Shown: in pieces, positions 13,409 to 24,152 of the stretch
Numbering within the stretch: the stretch's first letter is position 1
How the letters are laid out: each line of letters begins with the position of its first letter
Source: Paragordius varius
Taxonomy: Eukaryota; Animalia; Nematomorpha
Direction: 5' to 3'
Assembly (NCBI GenBank): GCA_964247055.1
Contig: OZ176056.1
Coordinates: 1,488,001 to 1,552,000 of the forward strand
Length of the DNA stretch: 64,000 bases
Translations under genes and position numbers: made by a program
Notes under the pieces: generated by a model
What the model was told of the DNA's origin: nothing
What the model saw: only the letters and a program-made list of their open reading frames with translations
Databases searched by the model: none

Positions 13409-13603
13409 ACAGTATGAGTAAGTATACATTGCTAGAAAGTTATTGATTATTGCCAAATAGCATATACTGCAAAGGATAGCATTATTGGCTTATAGTTTTT
13501 TCTTTCACTTTTTACCATTATTAGCCAATAATACCGCCCTTTGTTGGATATACTATTTGACAATAATTAACAACTTTCTAGCAATGTATAATTACTTATA
13601 CTG
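13409..13603. mobile_element. ~195-bp hairpin-forming MITE
   Basis: ACAGTATGAGTAAGTATACATTGCTAGAAAGTT... is inverted against ...AACTTTCTAGCAATGTATAATTACTTATACTGT; the imperfect arms extend about 90 bp each. Confidence 0.65.
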
Positions 13604-14379
13604 TACTCTCTAGCCTTTTTTTGCGACCCAAAGCATAATAATATTAAAAACAAAGAAGTGTTAAAAATATGGTGAGGTCTTTAAAAAAATTTTATTTGTA
13701 TATATACCTTTTGTCCTTAAACCTTTAATTTTTTACTGTAATTTTGATTTTAACATCCCTTTTTATCCAATTTCTTATTGATAGCCAATCCATAAAAATG
13801 TCTTAAAATTCTTAAAAAACGAAATTAGCGATGATTAGCGAATTTTTAAGCCAACATGACTTTTTCAAAAATACAGTTTTAAGTTTAAATAAATTATTTC
13901 AAAAAAAAAATAAACGCCGACTTCATTTAATCTGAAAAATTTTGAAAAATCGTTTTTTTAATTTTTTTGTTCAAAGCAGAACCGCTCATTAATTGTGTTT
14001 TCAATTATAAATTTTTATATTGATGATAACAATTGCTTTTATACATTCTTTTATTATAACAACTAATAAATATATATTAAATTTTTATTGTTTTAATTAA
14101 CCATTTTTTCTCTCCTCATTATTTTATTTATCATTATATTAACATTACAATGTATAAGTTTTTAAAAACTAACTTTTTTTTAAAAAATTCATATTATATT
14201 TTTTATCAAATACATGTTATTTTTATATTTGATATGAATTATATCTATCTATGTATTGATTTTTTGACAGAATCGTTATCTCTTATTTCAAAAAATTTTA
14301 TATTAAACAATAAAATTATCACAAATGCTGTTTTTTGAATAAGTTAATAAATCATAATTTATATCTATTTGGAATTTTG

Positions 14380-17300
14380 ATGAGTTCTACACGCCTTAGC
14401 GCTTTAAATAAGCGAAATATTCGAGAAAAACGAAAATGCACTGGTCTTTATCAATCTGGATCTCTGGATAATAATACTACTAATCCCATAAATAATTCTA
14501 CTCTTTCTTCTATGGATTCGGTATAAATTAAATTTAACGGACAAAATGTAAAAACATAAGGACAAATTAGTAAAGACCACCATCTTTTTAACCTTAATTT
14601 TCTTTTAAATTTATTTGATTACAATATTAAAATATATAAATCATTAATTGTGTATTATCAATTTACATCTCTAAACTACGTTCACCGCAAATTGATGAAT
14701 TATTATTAAAAAATTTTAAAAAATATGATTGTATTTTTAAAAATTATCTTTGTTTTTAGATTTTGTCCTTAATTTTTTGAAATTTTTTTAATAATTTACA
14801 AAATTTTAGCCGTCTCAAAGTGACATAAATCAAGCCTCCAATACTAGTTTATCCAATTTAATGTTGGAAACTGTAGAAAGAAACCCTTCTCCAGATGCAG
14901 ATATTGAAGAAGATCAGATTGTAATTATTTTTGTAATATTTTTTGTGGATACGATAATTGAAATTATTCAAACAAAACGTAAAAATTATAAAGACAAATT
15001 TTGTTTCCAGAAGCGGCCATTTTAAACTTGATTTTAAATATAATTCATTGTTTCAAACTGCAAAGTTATTAAATAGAGATGCAAATTGGTAAAACAATCC
15101 ATTATATAATTTACTATGTTATTAAACATTTTTTATGGGAAAATCATTAATAAGTATGGTTGTTTTTTGGAAAAAATTAGTGTTTATTGTCTTTACGCTT
15201 TGTCCGAATTATTTCAATTCTTACAAGATTTTTATATTTTATATTTAGTTCATAAAAATTCCATCCAACGAAACGTTAATCAAGTAATTTAAAGTTTTGT
15301 TTCCACAATATTTAAAAAATGTAGTTTGGCCATTTATAAGATATGTATAATAAAAAAGCAAACAATTGAATATGAACTTTTTACATTTTTGTTTTACTCT
15401 TTTGAAACTTTTATTTTTGAACTTTTCGTTTTTTTTTCGAATGAAAAAGTGCTCGATCAAAACAACATGGCTTCTCTAGTTTAGATGAAAGTTTTAATAA
15501 TACATCATTCTCAACTGCTAAAACTACTATGAAATCAAATGTGGATCAACAAAAATATTTATCAACGCGAAAATTTGCTAAGGTTGACAGAAGTCCAACC
15601 CTACCCCTTTTAGATGGAAACAATCGTGAGAACAACAGTTTTATTCAATCTTTGCTAAAAGAGGATCCCGGGTCTCTGATAGCCTCAAAACAATTCGATA
15701 ATTTAACGGCAAAAGCGGAAATACTAGAGCTTTTGAATGAAATTGATGAGGTATATTCGTTGATTTTAATTCTTTAAGTTTTATATATAGTAAAGAAAAA
15801 TTTATCAATATATATGTTTATTTAACGCGATAATATAAGCACCCGAAAACGGGTTAAAAATTAAAACTGTTTATCAAAATGTAGGAACTAGGCTAGATGG
15901 AAAATTTAGCTTTTAACACTTCGATTCAAATTGGGGTATCTAAATACCCCAAACTATATTTAAATTGTAATTTTTTAAAAACTACTGAAAGAAACGGTCC
16001 AATTTAAATTTATGCTTCTATCCTAATACAAATTATATAAATAAGCCAAAATATCTAAATAAAATTTGGTTTTGACAAAAAAGTTCCATATCAAACTACA
16101 TCGACGCCATTTTCATTTTACAATTTTTTCCAAAATATCGTGTTTATTTGATTTTAAAGCTAAAATGAAAGCTAATTTTTTATTTAAATTACATTTAACA
16201 TTGATAAAAACACTAAAAAATGGTTTATTTTGTTTTAATTTTAAATTTACCTTGTGCACACATGTCATGTTGACTAAATTTTTACCTTAAGGTTTTACCT
16301 AAAAATAAGTAATATCAAGTATTTTTAAACGAAATTTTTTATAAATTTAAATTCATTAATGTTATAAAAGTGCAAATTTTTGCCATGGTTTCAATCCATT
16401 CCATATTTTTTAAATTATTTAATTTTAAACAGGCCTGGGATATTTAACTACCCCAATTTGAATCGAAGGACCAAAATGACTGTGTTGTATCTAAGTGTTA
16501 AACAGTAATTTAATTTTAATAAAAATTTATGCCCCAAAAAAAGGTATAAATTTCATTTTAATTTTATAAATTTTTTTGTTAAAAGTAATTTCATCTTCTT
16601 CTTTATCATTGTACCATTTTAACATTTTTTCAGTTTTTTAATAATCCATCAGTTACCACAAAATTTTGACCTCAAAGAAATTTTTATTTTGTTCAAAATT
16701 ATGTTTGTCATTGATGGAGATCAAAGAAATTGTATTCCGCTCTAATTTTTTTAGTATGACACAAATGGCTTTTTAACTAAAATTTAATAAAAGTTTTATT
16801 TAATTATAATTTTTTTTTGATTATATAAATATAAATACACTTTTATAAAAAGTTAATTTAATTTTATTATATATAAGTACTGCTATTCTATAAAAATATT
16901 TTACGTCAAAACACAAGCATTCAAACTAAAATAAATATATTTGATTTTATTCAAACAACTTTTTATTAATCACTAAATGACATTTTTTCCAGTATCATTA
17001 TTTTATTATCAAAATTAATTTAATTCTATTTAATTATGTAATATAAATTAAATTAACTCTACAATTATATCATACATTTCTTTGATCCAAAAAAGTCATT
17101 TTAGTTCAGTCAGTTCCGCATTTTTAATTCAAATAAGAAATGTTATCTATCGTATTTTATAATTAAAATATTTTAATGCTTTTTATTGTATTTTATAATT
17201 TTTAGCTTAAATTAGCGCTAAAGGAGGAAAAAGAAAACAACAGTTTTTTAACTCAGGCTTTAGAGGCCAGTGAAACAACCATTAAAAATTTAGAGGCCGA

Positions 17301-18562
17301 AATTGAACGCTACAAAAAAGGTTGTGGATTTTTATTTAAATTTAAATAATTGTTGAAAAATTTTATAAAAAATGTTCAGATTTTAATAAGTAATTTTGAT
17401 AATCTTAGTAGAATTTCGAAAAATATTTAAAATTTATAATTATGCTTTGGAAATAAAGTAATGCAAAAATCTTCCAAATACTAAACGACATTTGTTCTAA
17501 AGACAACCATACTTTTTTAAACCATGATTTTCTATACAACTTATCGTTTCTTAAACTAAGGAATAGAGATGTAAAGTCGTAACTAATTAAATTATATATT
17601 TTAAAATACTAATATATAGTTTTATAAAAAGGTTTAAAAAATATGGTTTTTAATAGATTTGTCTATTAGTTTTACATTTTGAGTGTATATATTTTTTACT
17701 GTAAAAACGGTTTTATTTTTTGTGTGTTTGATAATTTTTAGATTTTTAAACATTATATTCAGGAAAACTTTAACAAATAAATATTTTGATTTAATTATGA
17801 TCAAAAAAAAATTTAATTTAAAATATAGGAACTCCAGAGTGACTGTGAAATTTAAAAAATCCTTTCTATGCAGAACCACCTACATTCCCCAACTTGAGAC
17901 AAACAAATGAGGGCAAAATAACAATCTTTTCCTACATGATTTATACATTTATATATATAAATATATATATAATTAATAAAATTAATTTTATACAATATAT
18001 AAATATTTTAATAAATGTGATTCAATATAATTAATTTTAACTTAAATTAATTAACTAATGCGTATGTTATGTTTTAAAGCGTTACTTAAATACATAGTGC
18101 ACTAAAGTTGATAATTCCAAACCGCGGTTTACCGTAAATCCAATATTACAAAAAAAAAGTATTGTTCTATGCATATTAATTAAAACATCTCACAAATCCA
18201 AAATATATCCCTTTAAAAATTAATTATAATTTTGCAGCATTTTTAATATATATTCTGTAGAAACATCAAAATTATAAGACACTTAAAACGATAATATTTA
18301 TTCATCCTTGATTTTTTTTATAAAACCAATATGATTATAATTGTAAATTTTATATATAACCAATTAATTATCCTGTAATATGTGTTATAAAAAGTATTAA
18401 ACTTGAATATTAAAACTTAATTTTACAATTTACATTATTATGTTTTTAATTTCCAAAAAAATTAGTATTTAAAAAAAGTGTCTATTCATTTTTTCAGCGG
18501 TCAAAATCAATTAAAGTTTAAAATAATTTGTATTTTCAGGTGAAAGATCGAAAAATTATTAA
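14380..18562 (+). CDS. Uncharacterised Ser/Asn-rich protein with a C-terminal coiled coil (about 240 aa)
   Basis: Exons 14380-14520, 14810-14920, 15249-15283 (uncertain, needed for phase), 15450-15750 (start uncertain), 17206-17320, 18540-18562 (alternative acceptor near 18498). The heptad-like segment is AKAEILELLNEIDE|LKLALKEEKENNSFLTQALEASETTIKNLEAEIERYKK. No family recognised. Confidence 0.6.
15917..16497 (+). mobile_element. piggyBac-like MITE (TTAA TSD, CACTT ends)
   Basis: TTAA-CACTTCGATTCAAATTGGGGTA ... TACCCCAATTTGAATCGAAG-(spacer)-AAGTG-TTAA. Confidence 0.8.
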
Positions 18563-18891
18563 TACTGAATTCATTTATTTGAGTTAGGGGTAAAAAAATA
18601 ATTTTAGGGTTTCATATTAAAAATAAATAATTTTTCTATTGCACATAAAATATATTTTTTGGTATTGTGATATAAAATTAACCATTATTACAGTATATAT
18701 ATATTGTAAAGTTAAATATTTTATAAAAAATGTTTTAAAAGCGATATCATTATCTAATGTAGTAAAACCCGTATATATTGGTATAAAACTTGGCTGTTTA
18801 AATCACAAACATAAAAAATATATATTTTTTGTAAACATTATTATTACAGATGCAAATGCGATTAAGTTCAATTTCAAAATCAAATTAAATC

Positions 18892-19021
18892 TCAGGATTT
18901 CGCCGCGTTTTCAAAGATTTTGCTGATAAGAAGGGAGAAATTAATAGCACAAAAGATTCCCAGAATTAAAAACAGGCATGCCATCATAGCTGCCAATGAG
19001 GCTTGATTCGAAGGAACTAAA
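18892..19021 (-). CDS. Duplicated alternative terminal exon (TM11) of the ENT gene
   Basis: Acceptor ttttattccag, the same phase as exon 22127-21995, encoding (N)LVPSNQASLAAMMACLFLILGIFCAINFSLLISKIFENAAKS*. Confidence 0.85.
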
Positions 19022-20049
19022 CTGGAATAAAAAAAATTTTTTTTGAAAAACATATATATATAAGATCACCCTTGAACATTTATTATTTCAAAATTACCTT
19101 AAACATTTTACAAATCATTCTTTGGGCTAATAATTTAACTTAATGTTTTGATATTGAAATTTATTAACATTTTTGGATTTTTAAAAACACATAATTTATT
19201 TTGAGGCTAAGTTTCAAATGTTCGAGGGTGAATATGTAAAGTGTAAATGGTATGCATAAAAAAATTAAATTTCCTAAAATTTTATATAAAATAGGGATTA
19301 TTGGCATTTTCCGAGGAAAGTTTAAAAAAATATTATCGAAAAAAATAAAGTTATGATTTACAGAGGATGTTTATAATTAAGCAATTTTCTTATCAGAACA
19401 ATTATAGATAGCGAAAAGAGTTAGACTTTTAATACAAGCACCGAACGTTTTTAATTTATATGGTTTTATATAAATAAATGTTGAATGACACTAGGAGTGA
19501 TTGATAGTTAAAAATATATATAAAATTAGATTTTAGAAATTACCTTCCGAAGATAAATTATTTATAATTAAAAAAAATAATTTTTTCATCATATTAGGAC
19601 AAATAAAAATTTGCACACATTATGTTAGTTGAGCCCTAAAAATGGGCTTAATTCAATATTTTCAATCAATTTATAAAATATATTCAAACTAAAGGGTAAC
19701 TTAATAGTAAGCTTTATGAAGATAATATATATCAAAAATCATCCAGAACAGATAGTGTTTATAAAATAAATGCAAAAAAGCCGCAATTATACGATGAAAT
19801 TAATCATTAAATATATTAGTAGTAAACAGTTAAATAAAAGGTAATTATGATATTACATCATATTACAAACCATATATTAGTTAAAAGCTTTTTTTCGATT
19901 GCTGGTTATATATTAAGTTGATTGCTAATTTTTCAATCATAACTAGATATCGATATCTTTAATGGTGGCGAATTCCATAAATGTATAAAAATATTTGAAA
20001 GTGTATTATCAAAAACGATTGATAAAATTTGGTTTATAAATATATGTCT

Positions 20050-20710
20050 TTTGATTTCTAATAACTGATTCTCGGGCGCTTTTAGGCGATTTCGATTATT
20101 GATGCGAAGAATAAAAGGGGTTAAATAATGTCTTACTTACATAAAATGATTTAAAAATAATATAAATTTGTGATGCATATCAGCGGTTTAAGCGTAATGC
20201 GAAAAAAATTATCTAGTGTCGTTTTCATTAAAACTATAAAAATAATTTTTATGGACATTTTATGATTTGATATATTTTAAATAAAAGCAAAATGTGATAA
20301 ATATTAAATCCCGGTGTTTTTTTGTCGATTTCGATTATTAATGTGAAAAAATTACAGATTAATTTAAAAATTAAGCGTGATTCAATAAATAAAGAAATGG
20401 GAGTGAATATAGTACAGCGATAAATTAAATCAATGCGAAAAAAAATTATCTAATGCCATTTAAGTCAAACTATAAAAATAGCTTTTATGTAAATTTTATA
20501 TCGATGCGATGCAAACAAATTAAGTTTCGAATGAAAGTGATTTGTATTTATGCTAAAAAATCTCGGGAGCTTTTAGGCGATTTCAATTTTAAATGTAAAA
20601 AGATATGAATGCTTTTAAAAATTTGATTAAAAAGGGAATATAATATGAATTCTGCGAAAAAGATACAGCGATAATATTGTATATAAAGAATTTTTGAGCG
20701 AACGGTTTTT
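20050..20710. repeat. About three degenerate ~245-bp tandem units
   Basis: CTCGGG.GCTTTTAGGCGATTTC...CAGCG...GCGAAAAAAATTATCTA-type motifs recur near 20070, 20310 and 20560. Confidence 0.5.
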
Positions 20711-21023
20711 AATATGAGCCTAGTATACAAATATGCAATTTGAATTTAGATTATTTAAACACTTAATATACATTACCCACATTATATTTGACCAAGTCAC
20801 ATTATTGTAGGACAATTGGCAATACTGTAGCGTATAATATAAAACAAATTTTAGGCTTGTAAGAAAAGAAAAAATCGTTTATTTTTCACCCATTGATATT
20901 TTTACTTATACGTTACGGTATTGTCAATTGGCCAAAATGTAAGGTGGTCAAAAATAGATCTGGAAATCGTAATAGTCAATGAACCTTTTATAGAAAAACA
21001 TAAATGAAAGCTTTAGATATATG

Positions 21024-21063
<40 letters not shown>

Positions 21064-21994
21064 TTTATTTTATGTACAGTGATATTGAATGATTATGGAT
21101 ATATATAGGTATATGTATAGATATGCATGTATGAGAAACATAATTAAGCATTATATTATGTGCATTGGGTATTCAAAACAGATATTAATCAATGCAAAAT
21201 TTAAGAACACGTCATATTTTTGTGGTAATTTTAAAAGCATAGTAACCCTAAAAGTTAAGAAAATCCTTAAAATGTTTTTCGAAAATTTATCAGCATTTTA
21301 AAAGATTTAAAAAGCTAAAATTGTTGCAAAAATATTTAAGTTTATCAAATTCAGCGCCTTAAAGAAAAATTAATTAAGAAATAAATTTAAAGATAAATTC
21401 ATTGGGAATTATATATTGAGATACATTCTATTATGATAAAAATGAAAGTGTCTGATAATAATATCTGAGCAAAACAAAAAGTGTATGTGCATGCAGTTTT
21501 TAAAATAACTAATATCTGAGCCGTTTATTGTCTTCAAAAAGAAACTAAAACATTAATTGTTAGCGCAATACAGAATCTATTTGCTGCATAATTCATAAGG
21601 CAGAATAATTATAATAAAATTCATAAAAAGATAAAACACTACAATAAACAGCCATATTATTAGTTAACTAGGTCTTTTATTTGGTTAATAGAAAAAAATT
21701 TCATAAAAATATTAACTTTTAAGCTTAAAATGATACATAGTGTTAAGAAAGCAAAACAATAAATTTTGGTCAAATTATTTTCACCAATAACCAATTAAAA
21801 AACCAACATATCCAATAATATTAAACTGTTGATGAATTTATAATGATAGAAATAAAAATGTTCATGCTTTAAAATAAACTACACAAAATAAAAATAATTC
21901 AAATTATAGTTTTAAAAACAAAAAAGAGTAATTAGAACATAAAATTAAAATCAATATAATAAATCCATTTCAAAACACACAAAAATAAATTTAA

Positions 21995-22910
21995 TTAATG
22001 TGCCGCATGCAGTGAAGAAAATATTTTTGAGATTAGAAGGGAGAAATTTATGCCAAAAAAGATTCCTAAAATAAGGAAAAGGGCAGCCATCATTCCAGCT
22101 AGGGGCGCTTGGTTAGGGGGCACTAATCTAAGATATAGTAGGGTACAATACAGAAAAAAGTATCAATAAAGTTAATTTTTGTGGTGCTAAAAAATGTGTT
22201 AGTTATATATTTTTTGGATTAAACCTGAATTGTTCAAATCATAAAATGGATAAATTGCATTAATTTTACTATCAGAATATAAATGTTCATCTGTAAACTT
22301 TCTAAAGCCATATATTATATAAAACACAAGTATATGTAACCCGTTTGATTAAATTTTTTTTACACGTTAATCAACATTCTAAACTAGAGGGCCTTAAAAA
22401 ACATAACCATAAAAAACTCATATTCTCCGAATCTATTGTCTTTAGTAAAAAACTGAGCATATATAACCTTTTAGAACACTATACATTCTTAAAACCTTTG
22501 AAAACATTTTTTTTTAAAAATAGTCAAAAAAAAGTTAAATAAACTTACTTGGGGGCATACATCATAGTGAGTGAACTAAAATATCCACTGGTGACCGACA
22601 TAAAAATACCCAACAAAGCATAAATCCAATCACTCTTTATATAAACTGGGAACCGTCTTATATCAGGTCTGTAATTACAGCACAGGAATATGGGAATTAG
22701 TAAGGCACGAGCTACAATAGGCACCCAAACCCATTTAGGACCAGGCTTAAAAAATTGAGTTTCAGAAAAAAAACGTAAATTTCAAAAACATAAAAATATA
22801 TATAATAATTTAAAAATAAACCATTTCCACTTCAAATTCACCCTTGAACAATTTAAATTCCCCCTATGAAATAAATTAAAGGTTTTTTTTAAGATTAAAA
22901 ATTACCTGTA

Positions 22911-22949
<39 letters not shown>

Positions 22950-24117
22950 TTAAAAAAAATTGTTTAGAACTTAAATTATATTAATAAATATACTAAGCCA
23001 TAAAGATATTCATATTAATAATAAGTTATATAAGTTCGAAAACACATAATTTATTTTTAGGGTGAATCGAATTGTTCAAGGGGTGAATTTAAATTGTAAA
23101 TGGTATTTTTAATATAATTTTAAAAAAAGGTAATAAAAAATTATATTTTAAGATAACATATGTGAAAGAATAAAATAAACGTCCTTTATACCAATACGCA
23201 TATTCAAAATTCTAAAACATAAAAAGTTTGGCAAAAACCATATGATGCCCAATATATATGTATATATATATATATATATATTTATAATATATATATGCAG
23301 ATATATATAATATAAAAAGTTAAAAAAATTAATAACTAAATTCAGGGCCATAAAAAGGTACTTTTAGGACCGTGGTTTAAAAACCACTAAATTCCATTTT
23401 ACAAATAACAAGGCTACATATTATTTATATACATAACATCTCTCTTTACAATATAGAAATTAAAATATAAAGACAAATAATTGTTTAACCATATTTTTTA
23501 ACCTTGAATATTTCCTATATTTAATTATCATTGATTGTGTTACCATTTACATTTTTATCGCATACTTTGCAATTAAATCAATGAATATTTAAATAAAACA
23601 TGTTTATAAAAGTATGCTTTTCTTTTGAAAAAACAATAATTGTCGTTATATTTTACGTTTTTTATGTACAATTTCAGTTATTACTGTAATAAGGCGCTGT
23701 ATATTTGAAAAAAAGCCCATTTCTAAAGGTGAAGGGGGGGGGGGGGAAGGGAGCAAATTTTACGATCCTTGATTTTAAATCAATTCGTCCTAACATGTAG
23801 TATATTTCGTTTTTTTACTTAAATTATATGGTAAATTCAAAAAATAGCAAAAATATCCTATGTACATTCTACTATGGCACTGTGTGATATTCCATTTTAA
23901 TTAAAAATCAATCATCAATATAGTATTGATGTTAATAAAATATCACCTACCTTTGTTTTATATTATGAAACATAATTGTAAAGCATATAAACAATAGTCA
24001 TCACCCTTTTCCCTAATAAAGGGTACGGAATTAAAAATTATATTAATATGCGTGTAGTACCAAAAATACAGAATAAATTATGTATTTCAAGTTAAACGAC
24101 CCCCCCTTATATATATA

Positions 24118-24152
<35 letters not shown>

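Noticed and set aside
16066-16290. AT-rich 60-100 aa ORFs (e.g. 9680..9985, 16066..16290, 17634..17910, 27829..28095, 55863..56081)
   Set aside because: F/K/I/N-biased translations of introns or MITE interiors with no recognisable motifs.
23733-23752. Poly-G tract as a functional G-quadruplex
   Set aside because: A single homopolymer run in an intron with no further support; length errors are common in such tracts.
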